In this document: one piece after another, positions 41,862 through 51,600 of the stretch
Position numbering within the stretch: position 1 is the first letter of the stretch
Layout of the letters: the number at the start of each line of letters is the position of its first letter
Assembly (NCBI GenBank): GCA_965261975.1
Contig: CBDHEC010000056.1
Location: 64,001-128,000, forward strand
Direction of reading: 5' to 3'
Source of the DNA: Alphaproteobacteria bacterium
GTDB lineage: Bacteria > Pseudomonadota > Alphaproteobacteria > UBA6615
Length of the DNA stretch: 64,000 nt
Program-made: the position numbers and the translations under genes
The notes under the pieces: model-generated
Databases searched by the model: none
The model's input: the letters and a program-made list of their open reading frames with translations, nothing else
What the model was told of the DNA's origin: nothing

Positions 41862-43232
41862 ATGGCGCGCACATTGATCAAGGGCGGCTGGGTCGTGTCG
41901 ATGGACGATGCGATCGGCGATATTCGCGGCGGCGACGTGCTGATCGAGGACGACCGGATCGTCGAGGTCGGCCGCAACATCGACGCCGGCGATGCGGAAG
42001 TGATCGACGCGTCCAACATGATCGTCAGCCCCGGCATCGTGAATGCGCACGAGCACACCTGGCAGACCGGGGTGCGCGGGGTCGTCGCCGACTGGACGAT
42101 GTTCGAATACTCCACCCTGATGCACGCGACGTCGGTGCCTCACTTCACGCCCGACGACATCCGCCTGGCGAACCTCTGCGGCGCGCTGAACCAGATCAAC
42201 TGCGGCAGCACCACGCTGTTCGACTGGCATCACTGCAACGCCACGACGGATCACACGGACGCCGCGATCGACGCGCTGGAGGAATCGGGCATCCGCGCCG
42301 TCTATGGTCATGGCCAGACCAAGACCGCGTCCAAGCCCGGTGAGCCGCCGTTCAACGAGACCCCGCACTCGCGCGAACGGGTCGAGCGGCTCCGCAAGGG
42401 GCGGCTCGCTTCGGACGACGGGCTGATCACCATGGCCATATGCATCCAGGGGATGGGTTTCTCGGTCTGGGAATGCTTCGAGCACGACGTTCGTCTGGCC
42501 CGGGACATGGGCCTCTACTGGTCGAACCACACGGGTGCACAGGGAATTCCGCTGTTCTCCGAGGGTTCGGTGCACAAGCTGAATGATCTCGGCCTGCTCG
42601 GTCCGGATGCCGACTTCGTCCATGCGACCAACCTGACCGACGACGAGATGAAGATGATCATCGATGCCGGCGGCTCGATCACCGTCGCGGCCGAGTGCGA
42701 GAGCAACTTCGGCCATGGCAACCCGGTGACCGGCCGGGTGCTCGGTTTCGGCGGTACGCCGGCCTTCGGGGTGGATCTGCAGTCGAACGTCTCCGGCGAC
42801 ATGTTCTCGGTCGTGCGTTATGCGCTGCAGTTCGAGCGAGCCATGTACACGGACGATCGGCCGCGCCCGACCAAGGCGATGCCCGAGCATCTGAAAACGC
42901 GTGTCGCGCTTGAATGGGCGACGATCGACAACGCCCGGGCGCTCGGGCTTGACGACCGGATCGGCTCGCTGACGCCCGGCAAGCAGGCGGACGTGATCCT
43001 CGTGCGTGGCGACGACCTCAACACCTGCCCGGTGCATGACCCGGTCCAGACGCTGATCTTCATGGCCACGCCGTCGAACGTGGACACGGTCTTCGTCAAC
43101 GGCGAGGTGAAGAAACGCGACGGCAAGCTGGTCTACCCGGAAGCCGCGCTGCGTGAGACCCTGGGCAAGCTCGCCGAGTCCGGCCGCCGTATCCTCGATG
43201 CCGCCGGTGTGATGCAAGCGGCGGCGGAATAG
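41862..43232 (+). CDS. Amidohydrolase family protein (deaminase/chlorohydrolase-like)
   Basis: PGIVNAHEHTWQ (HxH), FVHAT, FGVD, ATIDNARALG, GSLTPGKQAD. Confidence 0.9.
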   Translation: MARTLIKGGWVVSMDDAIGDIRGGDVLIEDDRIVEVGRNIDAGDAEVIDASNMIVSPGIVNAHEHTWQTGVRGVVADWTMFEYSTLMHATSVPHFTPDDIRLANLCGALNQINCGSTTLFDWHHCNATTDHTDAAIDALEESGIRAVYGHGQTKTASKPGEPPFNETPHSRERVERLRKGRLASDDGLITMAICIQGMGFSVWECFEHDVRLARDMGLYWSNHTGAQGIPLFSEGSVHKLNDLGLLGPDADFVHATNLTDDEMKMIIDAGGSITVAAECESNFGHGNPVTGRVLGFGGTPAFGVDLQSNVSGDMFSVVRYALQFERAMYTDDRPRPTKAMPEHLKTRVALEWATIDNARALGLDDRIGSLTPGKQADVILVRGDDLNTCPVHDPVQTLIFMATPSNVDTVFVNGEVKKRDGKLVYPEAALRETLGKLAESGRRILDAAGVMQAAAE

Positions 43233-43255
43233 GTGCGGGGCAGGGTCGAAACATC

Positions 43256-44422
43256 GTGACCGCCAACCGATGGATGGTGCTTGGTGCGCTTTTCCTGGCG
43301 CGCTCGGCGCTGGGCTATCACTTCCAGTCCGTCGCGTCGGTCTCGCCGCTGCTGGTCGAGGACCTTGGTATCGACTTCACCGCAGTTGGTACCCTGATCG
43401 GTCTTTTCAGCCTGCTCGGGGTTCTGACGGCCCTGCCGTCGGGCTTCCTCGCCCAGCGCTTTGGCGAGCGCCGGGTATGCCTGTCCGGCCTCGCGATGAT
43501 GACGGCGGGCGGCTTCGTGATGTGGCTGGGCGACGACTTCGCCACGATCAGTGTCGGCCGGATGATCGCCGGCACCGGTGGGGTGGTGATCACGGTCGTC
43601 ATGGTGAAGATCGTCGGCGACTTGTTCGAAGGTAAGGAAGTGGTCACCGCCATGGCCATCCTGATGAACAGCTGGCCGGTGGGTATCGCCATCGGCCTCT
43701 ACACCCAGGGCGCCATGGCCGAAGCCTGGGGCTGGCAGGCGGTTTTCCTGACGGCGGGTATCGGCTCTCTCGTCGGCATGTTGCTGGTCGCCATCCTGTA
43801 CCGGCCGGCGGCACGTAACGTCTCGCGGCCTCTGCAGCGCCTGGCGATCACCCGGGCCGAGGCCACCAGGGTCTCGCTCGCGGGGATCGTCTGGGTGCTC
43901 TACAACGCCGGTTACCTGATGGTGCTGTCCTTCGGGCCCGCCATGCTGGTGTTGCGCGGCATGGATGTCGTGGCGGCGGGCCTGCTGCTTGCCAACGCCA
44001 CCTTTGTCTACATGTTCGCGATTCCGCTGGGGGGCTGGGTATCCGAGAAGCTGGCACGGCCGAACCTGGTCATGGTGGCCTGCTTTGCGCTCGGGGCGTT
44101 GATGGTCGCCCTCGTGCCCCTCGTCGACGCACCTCTGCTGCTGTTCATCATGGCGGCGATCTTCATCGGCATACCCACCGGCAACGTGATGGCGCTGACC
44201 GTCGAGACGGTACGGGCCGAGCACCGCAACACGGGCACCGGCCTGTATCACACCTGGAACCATGCGGGCCTGTTCGTCGGGCCGGCGCTCGCGGGTTGGA
44301 TCGTCACCCGGACCGGTGACCCGGCGACGGCCATGTTCTTTGGTGGCGTGACAATGGTCCTCGCCATCGTCGCGCTGGGGGCGCTGCGGTTCTTGCAATG
44401 GCGCGAAGCCCGTGCCGTCTGA
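43256..44422 (+). CDS. MFS transporter
   Basis: About 12 hydrophobic helices, G.LAQRFGERR motif A, GRMIAG.G, GWQAVF. Confidence 0.88.
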   Translation: MTANRWMVLGALFLARSALGYHFQSVASVSPLLVEDLGIDFTAVGTLIGLFSLLGVLTALPSGFLAQRFGERRVCLSGLAMMTAGGFVMWLGDDFATISVGRMIAGTGGVVITVVMVKIVGDLFEGKEVVTAMAILMNSWPVGIAIGLYTQGAMAEAWGWQAVFLTAGIGSLVGMLLVAILYRPAARNVSRPLQRLAITRAEATRVSLAGIVWVLYNAGYLMVLSFGPAMLVLRGMDVVAAGLLLANATFVYMFAIPLGGWVSEKLARPNLVMVACFALGALMVALVPLVDAPLLLFIMAAIFIGIPTGNVMALTVETVRAEHRNTGTGLYHTWNHAGLFVGPALAGWIVTRTGDPATAMFFGGVTMVLAIVALGALRFLQWREARAV

Positions 44423-45098
44423 ACCGAGCCTCGGTGTCGTCATTCCCGCGTTGAATGTGGGGGCGGGCCTCGCGCGTACGCTCGAAGGCCTGGCGGCGGC
44501 GCGGGACATCTTCGATCTGGACATCCTGGTGGTGGATGGCGGCTCCGATGACGACACGGTCGCGGTGGCCAAATCTCTGGGCGCGCGGGTGATCGAGGCG
44601 CCGAGAGGCCGCGGCACCCAGCTGGCCGCCGGGGCCGACCAGGTGCGTGGCGACTGGCTGTTGTTCCTGCATGCCGACACGGTTCTCGGGGCGGGCTGGG
44701 CGGTCGAGCTGGCGGCGTTCATGATCGCCGAGCGCCACCGCGCCGCCTATTTCCGCTTCCGGCTCGACGATGATGCGCCCGGCGCGCGACGGATCGAGCG
44801 GCTGGTGGCGTGGCGTTGCCGGGTGCTGGGCCTGCCCTATGGCGATCAGGGCCTGGCGATCCCGCGCGATCTCTACACGGCGTTCGGCGGCTATCCCGAC
44901 CAACCGCTGATGGAGGATGTCTATCTTGCGCGTAGGATGGGCCGCAGCCGGCTGGCGGGGCTGGAAACGGCGGCGTTGACGTCCGCCGTGCGTTATCGCG
45001 AAGGTGGCTACTGGCGCCGCCCATCGCGGAACCTGTTCTGCCTGTTTCTGTATCTCATGGGCATGCCGGCGCGGATGATTGACCAGATCTACAGATGA
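44412..45098 (+). CDS. GT2 transferase, TIGR04283-like (rSAM/selenodomain-associated transferase 2)
   Basis: VVIPALN, VVDGGSDD, GRGTQL, LFLHADT, LPYGDQGL, LMEDV, TSA.RY. Confidence 0.88.
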   Translation: MPSEPSLGVVIPALNVGAGLARTLEGLAAARDIFDLDILVVDGGSDDDTVAVAKSLGARVIEAPRGRGTQLAAGADQVRGDWLLFLHADTVLGAGWAVELAAFMIAERHRAAYFRFRLDDDAPGARRIERLVAWRCRVLGLPYGDQGLAIPRDLYTAFGGYPDQPLMEDVYLARRMGRSRLAGLETAALTSAVRYREGGYWRRPSRNLFCLFLYLMGMPARMIDQIYR

Positions 45099-45703
45099 AG
45101 CCCCATCTCGTCATCTTTGCCCGCGCGCCCCGGCGCGGCGCGGTCAAGCGGCGGCTGGCCGCGGATATCGGGGATGGTCCCGCGCTCGCCTTCTATCGCC
45201 GGACCCTGCATGACGTGACGCGGCGGCTGGGCAGCGATCCGCGCTGGCGTACCTGGCTGGCGGTCACGCCGGATGGAGATGCCCTGCGGCCAGGCCTTTG
45301 GCCAGCCGTGCCCGGGGTCGGATTGATCCCGCAGGGCCAGGGTGATCTGGGTGCACGCATGGCCCGGCCGATGACGATGCTCCCCCCGGGCCCGGTGATC
45401 GTCGTCGGCACGGACATCCCCGACATTTCGGCAGACCATATCGCCGACGGGTTTGCGGCACTCGGCAACCATGAGTTTGTCTTCGGTCCGGCAGCCGATG
45501 GCGGTTACTGGTTGGTCGGCGCACGCCGGCGCCCGGCGATGTCCGGAAGGATATTCCGCGACGTCCGCTGGAGCACCGAGCATGCCCTGGCCGATACCCT
45601 CGCGGGTCTGCCGGGGAAGGCCCGCGTGGCGATGCTGGATGAGCTCGATGATGTGGACGATGGCGCGGCCTGGGCCGCGTGGCGTGCACGCCGCCGCCCG
45701 TGA
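45095..45703 (+). CDS. DUF2064/TIGR04282-like transferase (rSAM/selenodomain-associated transferase 1)
   Basis: IFARAP..G.VKRRLA, QGQGDLGARM, GTDIP, GPAADGGYWLVG, VRWST, DVDD. Confidence 0.9.
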   Translation: MKPHLVIFARAPRRGAVKRRLAADIGDGPALAFYRRTLHDVTRRLGSDPRWRTWLAVTPDGDALRPGLWPAVPGVGLIPQGQGDLGARMARPMTMLPPGPVIVVGTDIPDISADHIADGFAALGNHEFVFGPAADGGYWLVGARRRPAMSGRIFRDVRWSTEHALADTLAGLPGKARVAMLDELDDVDDGAAWAAWRARRRP

Positions 45704-45793
45704 CGAAATAGTTGTCAACAAACCGTGACGTGACTTCCGGTCTGTTCCGTACGACATGGTGACCGCTACAATCGCGGTCCCAGCGGGGAAAGC

Positions 45794-46834
45794 ATGGAAT
45801 CGATCTACTACGTCATCTCGTGGCTCTGCCACCGGCGCTGTGCGCATTGCTACGACACGCGCTTTCGCCCCTATGTGCGCGATGAACGCGACGCCGTGGT
45901 GGGCGAGGCGGTGACGAACCATGCGAAGATCGTGGCCAATCTGCCCGACCGCATGACCTATCGCGAAAGCGATGACGGCCCGGAGAAACCGGGGCGTGTC
46001 ATCCTGTCAGGGGGCGAGGTGCTGCTCGACGAGATTCGCGAGCCGGTGCTCTATCCGGTGATGGACATGCTGCGCGAGAAGTACGCCGACGCGGGCGGGG
46101 TGCGGGTGGTGGTGCAGACGACCGGCGATCTGGTCACCGCGGAAATTCTCGACGAGCTGCTGGCCCACGGCCTGTGGCAACTCTCGATCACGGGTATGGA
46201 CGATTTCCATGTTGGCCATGAAGGCGACAAGCGCGTGCCCCTGATGGAACATCTGACGGGTCTGGTCGAGGCGGCGGGCTTGTTGCCGACGGGTCGGCGC
46301 CATGACGGCACCGACGGGCGGGGTAGCGAGACGCCTGTCTATTCCTTCATGGGGGCGAACCCGGAAGAGTGGATCGGGCCGATCTGGCCGCGCGGGCGGG
46401 CCTGGGAGAACGAACTCTCAAGCGCGACCCTCGACGATAATTTCTGCAACCGCTGGTCGGGCGGGCTCAACTTCATGAACCATGGAAAGATCGGTTCCGA
46501 GGTGTCGATCGAGCCCAACGGCAATGTCTATCCCTGCTGCCTCAAGACCAAGGCGCCGCTCGGCAACCTCACCGAGGAACCGCTCACGGAGATTCTGGAC
46601 AGCCTCGTCGGCCACCCGGCGTTCGAGGCGCTCAATGACGGCGCGCCGGAACGCATGGGCCTGGCCTTTGGCTGGGACGAGGACACCTTCCGCAAGAACA
46701 GCGAAACCAAGACGCCTTCGGGCGAGACCTACCGCAACCTTTGTATCGGCTGCGATCGGTTCCACGATCAGGTACTTGGCCCGCTCATCGAAGGCCTGCG
46801 CCAGGCGCGTCTGAGCCGGCGGACGGCCGCATGA
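45794..46834 (+). CDS. Radical SAM/SPASM domain protein
   Basis: CHRRCAHC, LSGGE, QTTG; C...IEPNGNVYPCC...GNL...CIGC auxiliary-cluster pattern. Confidence 0.9.
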   Translation: MESIYYVISWLCHRRCAHCYDTRFRPYVRDERDAVVGEAVTNHAKIVANLPDRMTYRESDDGPEKPGRVILSGGEVLLDEIREPVLYPVMDMLREKYADAGGVRVVVQTTGDLVTAEILDELLAHGLWQLSITGMDDFHVGHEGDKRVPLMEHLTGLVEAAGLLPTGRRHDGTDGRGSETPVYSFMGANPEEWIGPIWPRGRAWENELSSATLDDNFCNRWSGGLNFMNHGKIGSEVSIEPNGNVYPCCLKTKAPLGNLTEEPLTEILDSLVGHPAFEALNDGAPERMGLAFGWDEDTFRKNSETKTPSGETYRNLCIGCDRFHDQVLGPLIEGLRQARLSRRTAA

Positions 46835-47907
46835 GCCGCCGGATAGAAGGCGTGTGTGGGGCCCTGGCCCAGCGTCTCGGCGTGCCGGTCACGGATCTAC
46901 ACCCTTTGCCGGATACGGGCCTCGCCCATGATCATGTCCGGATCGGCGATACGGGCACCCTGGCGCGGGTGCCCAAGCAGAGCCAGCTCGGCCTCGCAGC
47001 GGCGGAGAATCTAGATTATCAGGCCGCCTGTTTCGCACGTGCCTCGGCGAGCGGGCATGTGCCCCATCTGCATGAAAAGTTATCGCCCGACGGCGCACTG
47101 CCCATGGGCGCATTGATCGTCGATCTGATCGACGGACGGCCGCTGTCTCTGCCGGGCGATTTGGCGGCGATGGCCGAATGCCTGGCGGCGATCCATGGGA
47201 TGCCCCTACCGGAAGTGGATGGCCGCGCGCCGTTGAAGGATCCGGTCGATCCGATGGCCGATACGTTCACGGAAATCATGACCCAGGCGGCTTATGTCGC
47301 GGCGGCGGAACTGCACCCGGATGCCGAATCCCAGATTCGCGAGGAGTTGCAGGTGGCCGGCGCGACCCTGGCCCGCGACGCCCGCCCGCCCCGGACGCTC
47401 ATCGCGTTCGACGCCCATCCGGGAAACTACCTGATGACGTCGGGGGAGCTGGGGGATGACCGCGCGGTTCTGGTCGATCTGGAGAAGGCGCGGTATGGCG
47501 CGGCGGGTTTCGATCTGGCCCACGCCACCCTCTACACCTCGACCACCTGGGACGTGGACAGCCATGCGGTGCTGGACCGCGGCCAGGTGGATGATTTTCA
47601 TGGGGCGTGGCTCGACGCTGTGCCCGGAGAACTCGCCACGGCGACCGAACCGTGGCTGCAGCCGCTGCGCCGCATGATGTGGCTCTGGTCCGTGACCTGG
47701 TGTGCCAAATGGCGTGTCGAGTCCCGCGAGACCGTGGCGACCGAACCGAAAGAAAATGAGTCTACCGAGAACTGGTCGGCCGAACTCAGCGAAGACGCGC
47801 TCGTCGCCCATGTGGCCGGCCGCGTCGCCGATTATCTCGACCCCGACACCATCACCCGCGTTCGCGCCGACTGGGCGCCAACGGCACCGGCCGCCGTTGC
47901 GGTCTAA
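46831..47907 (+). CDS. APH/choline kinase-like phosphotransferase
   Basis: LAAIH, FDAHPGN (Dx4N), LVDLEKA (DxE), DLAH; ATGA overlap with the radical SAM gene. Confidence 0.8.
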   Translation: MSRRIEGVCGALAQRLGVPVTDLHPLPDTGLAHDHVRIGDTGTLARVPKQSQLGLAAAENLDYQAACFARASASGHVPHLHEKLSPDGALPMGALIVDLIDGRPLSLPGDLAAMAECLAAIHGMPLPEVDGRAPLKDPVDPMADTFTEIMTQAAYVAAAELHPDAESQIREELQVAGATLARDARPPRTLIAFDAHPGNYLMTSGELGDDRAVLVDLEKARYGAAGFDLAHATLYTSTTWDVDSHAVLDRGQVDDFHGAWLDAVPGELATATEPWLQPLRRMMWLWSVTWCAKWRVESRETVATEPKENESTENWSAELSEDALVAHVAGRVADYLDPDTITRVRADWAPTAPAAVAV

Positions 47908-47929
47908 CCAACATGAAAGAGGACCACAG

Positions 47930-49132
47930 ATGCGTATCCTGACAGCGGCATTGGCCGGTTTCCTGGCGCTCGCGCCGCTCACCGCAAGCTCGGCGATGGC
48001 CCAGAGCTGGAACGAGGTGGTCGACAAGGCGCGCGGGCAGCTCGTGTTCTGGAACGCCTGGGGCGGCGATGAACGTATCAACGCCTACATTGCCTGGGCG
48101 GGTGACCAGGTGCAGGCCCGCTACGGCGTGACGGTGCAGCATGTGAAGCTCGCCGATACGGCCGAGGCGGTAGCCCGGGTCGTGGCGGAGAAGGCCGCTG
48201 GCCGCAATGACGGCGGTTCGGTCGATCTCATCTGGATCAATGGCGAGAATTTCGCGGCGATGAAGCGAAACAACCTGCTGTTCGGCCCGTGGACGCAGAA
48301 TGCGCCGAACTATCGTTTCGTCGATACGGAGAACAAGAAGACCACGACCGTGGACTTCACGGTGCCGGTAGACAATTTGGAGGCGCCCTGGGGCATGGCG
48401 CAGTTCGTGTTCATGCACGACACGGCGAATGTCGAAACGCCGCCGGACTCCATCCTGGGCCTGCTGGAGTGGGCGAAAAACAACCCTGGTCGTTTCACCT
48501 ATCCCCAGCCGCCGAATTTCCTCGGCACCACTTTCCTCAAGCAGGCGCTGATCGAGCTCGTCGTCAGTCCGTCTGCACTCCAGGCGCCGGCGGCGAATGT
48601 GGCCGAGAACACGGCGCCGCTGTGGGCCTATCTCGATGCGCTGCATCCGCTGATGTGGCGGCGCGGCGAGGTCTATCCGCAGAACGGCCCGGCCCTGCTG
48701 CGGCTCCTCGACGATGGCGAAATCTCGATCGCGCTGTCGTTCGAGCCGGCCGAGGCGTCGGGCCTGATCGCCCAGGGTAAGCTACCCGACACGGTACGTA
48801 CCTTCGTGCTCAACAACGGGACCATCGGCAACACGAATTTCGTTGCCATTCCCTTCAACGCCAACGCCAAGGAAGGGGCGATGGTGATGGCCAACTTCCT
48901 GATGTCACCCGAGGCCCAGGCCCACAAACAGAATCCTGAAGTGTGGGGCAGCTTCACGGTGCTCGATGTAAACCGGCTGCCGGAGGACTCGAAGGCGGCG
49001 TTCCAGGATCTCGAGCTCGGGGTCGCGACCCTGTCGCCGGGAGAGCTCGGCATCACCCAGCTGGAGCCGCATCCGTCCTGGGTTGCCGCGCTCGAGGCCG
49101 AGTGGGCCAAGCGCTACGCCAGCGGGAAATAG
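47930..49132 (+). CDS. ynjB: ABC transporter substrate-binding protein, YnjB-like
   Basis: Signal peptide, NAWGG, DLIWINGENF, EAPWG.AQ, PP.FLGTTFLKQ, GTIGN..FVAIP.NA. Confidence 0.88.
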   Translation: MRILTAALAGFLALAPLTASSAMAQSWNEVVDKARGQLVFWNAWGGDERINAYIAWAGDQVQARYGVTVQHVKLADTAEAVARVVAEKAAGRNDGGSVDLIWINGENFAAMKRNNLLFGPWTQNAPNYRFVDTENKKTTTVDFTVPVDNLEAPWGMAQFVFMHDTANVETPPDSILGLLEWAKNNPGRFTYPQPPNFLGTTFLKQALIELVVSPSALQAPAANVAENTAPLWAYLDALHPLMWRRGEVYPQNGPALLRLLDDGEISIALSFEPAEASGLIAQGKLPDTVRTFVLNNGTIGNTNFVAIPFNANAKEGAMVMANFLMSPEAQAHKQNPEVWGSFTVLDVNRLPEDSKAAFQDLELGVATLSPGELGITQLEPHPSWVAALEAEWAKRYASGK

Positions 49133-49137
49133 CCGCG

Positions 49138-50835
49138 ATGGGGGCGTCCTCGCCTTTGCGTTGGGTGCCCGTGGTGACCCTGCTGTTGCTGCTGGGGCCG
49201 GTGGTAGCCGGCCTGCTCGGCACGCTGTTTCCCGCCTTCGGCTATCTGCCCGCGTTGGGCCGCACGACGTTCAGCCTGGAGCCGTGGCGGGCGCTGTTTG
49301 CGGCACCCGGCGTGGCGGAATCGATCCGGCTGTCCTTCGTGACCGGGCTGGCCGTCACGGTCGTATCGTTTGCCGTGGTCATCCTGTTCGTCGCCGGCTG
49401 GCACGGCACGCGTTCCTTCGCGCGGGTCCAGAAGCTGCTCTCGCCGCTGCTTTCGGTACCCCATGTGACCGTCGCGTTCGGGCTGGCGTTTCTGTTGGCC
49501 CCGTCGGGCTGGATCTTCCGCCTGACCTCGCCCTGGCTGACCGGTTATGACCGGCCGCCGGATTTGATTATCGTCCAGGACCCGGACGGTCTGGCGCTGA
49601 TCGCCGGGCTGGTCGTGAAGGAAATCCCGTTTCTTTTTTTGATGACCCTGGCCGCGATCGGGCAGGTGGATGCCGCCCGGGTTCGGACCATGGCCCGCAC
49701 CCTGGGTTACGGCACTATCGCGGCCTGGCTGAAGGCGGTGTTTCCGCTGGTCTATCGCCAGATACGCCTGCCGGTCTTCGCCGTCCTGGCGTTTGCCGCC
49801 TCGGTGGTGGATGTCTCGGTGGTGCTCGCCCCCTCGACCCCGCCGCCGTTCGCCGTTCAGCTGGTGCGCTGGTTCAATGATCCAGACCTGGCGCTGCGAT
49901 TCGTGGCGTCGGCGGGGGCGCTGGTTCAGCTCGGCCTCGTGGTCGCGGCGATCTTCGTCTGGTGGCTGGGTGAACGCGTGGTGGCCTGTCTCGGCCGTGT
50001 CTGGATCCGCGCGGGCAGCCGCGGGCGGCGCGATTTCCCACTGCGCGTTGCCGCCGCCACAGCATTGACGGCGAGTTTCCTGGCGGCGTTCCTCGGTCTG
50101 GCAAGCATGGCGCTGTGGTCGATCGCCGGGCGCTGGCGGTTCCCCGATCCGCTGCCGTCGACCCTTTCGCTCGACGCCTGGACGACCAACGCCGACCGGC
50201 TGACAAATGCCACATTGAACACCGCGACCATCGGGATCGCCGCCGCACTGGTGGGGCTGGCGCTTACGGTGGGTTGTCTGGAGAACGAGGCACGGTTCGG
50301 CAAACGCGCCACGAACCGGGCGTTGTGGCTGCTCTATGTGCCATTGCTGGTGCCCCAGATCGCCTTCCTGTTCGGCACCCAGATCCTGCTGGTGATGAGC
50401 GATCTGGACGGCGCCTGGATCGCGGTCGCCTGGGCCCATCTGGTGTTCGTGCTGCCCTATGTCTTTCTGTCGCTCGCCGATCCCTACCGGGCCTGGGATG
50501 CACGTTACGCCCGGGCGGCGTTGTGTCTGGGCGCGTCACCGCTGCGGGTGTTCTGCCGGGTCAAGCTGCCGATGCTGTTGCGGCCAATCCTGATCGCCGC
50601 CGCCGTCGGGTTCACGGTCTCGATGGGTCAGTATCTGCCGACATTGTTCGCCGGCGCGGGGCGCGTCGACACGTTGACCACGGAAGCGGTATCCCTGGCG
50701 TCGGGAGCCGACAGGCGCGCCATCGGCGCCTACGCGCTGCTGCAGATGATCCTGCCGTTTATCGCCTTCGGGCTGGCGGCGGCCGCGCCGGCATGGCTGT
50801 TCCGCAACCGGCGCGGCCTGACGGTTACGGCCTGA
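49138..50835 (+). CDS. ynjC: ABC transporter permease, YnjC-like (two BPD domains)
   Basis: LPAFGYLP, LLSVPH, PSGW, KEIPF, ASVVD, HLVFVLPY, QYLPT, TLTTEAV. Confidence 0.88.
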   Translation: MGASSPLRWVPVVTLLLLLGPVVAGLLGTLFPAFGYLPALGRTTFSLEPWRALFAAPGVAESIRLSFVTGLAVTVVSFAVVILFVAGWHGTRSFARVQKLLSPLLSVPHVTVAFGLAFLLAPSGWIFRLTSPWLTGYDRPPDLIIVQDPDGLALIAGLVVKEIPFLFLMTLAAIGQVDAARVRTMARTLGYGTIAAWLKAVFPLVYRQIRLPVFAVLAFAASVVDVSVVLAPSTPPPFAVQLVRWFNDPDLALRFVASAGALVQLGLVVAAIFVWWLGERVVACLGRVWIRAGSRGRRDFPLRVAAATALTASFLAAFLGLASMALWSIAGRWRFPDPLPSTLSLDAWTTNADRLTNATLNTATIGIAAALVGLALTVGCLENEARFGKRATNRALWLLYVPLLVPQIAFLFGTQILLVMSDLDGAWIAVAWAHLVFVLPYVFLSLADPYRAWDARYARAALCLGASPLRVFCRVKLPMLLRPILIAAAVGFTVSMGQYLPTLFAGAGRVDTLTTEAVSLASGADRRAIGAYALLQMILPFIAFGLAAAAPAWLFRNRRGLTVTA

Positions 50836-50912
50836 TGCTCGTGGCTTGACAGGCTGGCCTCCGAACGGGCCCACTGCGGCCAACAACAGACGATCATCCC
50901 CGGGGAGAAATC

Positions 50913-51566
50913 ATGAAGTTATTCGGCTACTGGCGCTCACTCGCCGCGTTTCGAGTACGTATCGCGCTCAACCTCAAGGGCCAGCCCTTCGAGGTCGTCT
51001 CGACCGACCTGATCAAGGGCGAGCAGTTCGACCCGGAATATCTCAAGATCAACCCCCAGGGCGTTGTGCCGGCGCTGGTGACCGATGACGGGAACGCGCT
51101 GACCCAGTCGATGGCGATCCTCGAATATCTCGACGAGACCTATCCCGAGCCGGCCCTGCTGCCGACCGATGCCATGGCCCGTGCGCGGGTCCGGTCGCTG
51201 TGCATGATCCTGGTGGCGGACATGCACCCGCTGGTGGTGCCGCGGATCCGCAAATACATCACCCAGGATTGGGGCCATAGCGAGGAAGAACTCGCCGCGT
51301 GGATCGGCAACTGGACCAAGCTCGGGCTTGCCGCGATCGAGAAGCACCTGGTCGAAGACGGTACGTCGGGCAAATATTGTGAAGGCGATCAGGTGACCCT
51401 GGCCGACCTCTGCCTGGTGCCCCAGGTGGGTGCGGCGACCCTGTTCAAGATCCCGCTGGACGACTATCCGAACTGCGTGCGCATCTTCAAGACATGCATG
51501 GAGAACCCGGCCTTCTTCGACGCGCGGCCGCAGGCCCAGCCGGACTTCCCCGAGGACATGAAGTAG
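50913..51566 (+). CDS. maiA: Maleylacetoacetate isomerase (GST zeta)
   Basis: GYWRSLAAFRVRIALNLKG, NPQG.VP.L, QSMAILEYL, DMHPL, LADLCLVPQV, QPD. Confidence 0.9.
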   Translation: MKLFGYWRSLAAFRVRIALNLKGQPFEVVSTDLIKGEQFDPEYLKINPQGVVPALVTDDGNALTQSMAILEYLDETYPEPALLPTDAMARARVRSLCMILVADMHPLVVPRIRKYITQDWGHSEEELAAWIGNWTKLGLAAIEKHLVEDGTSGKYCEGDQVTLADLCLVPQVGAATLFKIPLDDYPNCVRIFKTCMENPAFFDARPQAQPDFPEDMK

Positions 51567-51578
51567 AAAACGGAAACC

Positions 51579-51600
51579 GGGCGGCTCAGCCGCCCTTTTT
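51579..51600 (+). terminator. Intrinsic terminator of maiA, overlapping the convergent gene's stop
   Basis: GGGCGGC-tca-GCCGCCC-TTTTT. Confidence 0.6.

Noticed and set aside
50833-50838. TGA-TGC after ynjC as a second Sec site
   Set aside because: YnjC is already full length, the position is not a conserved Cys, and I see no SECIS-like hairpin.
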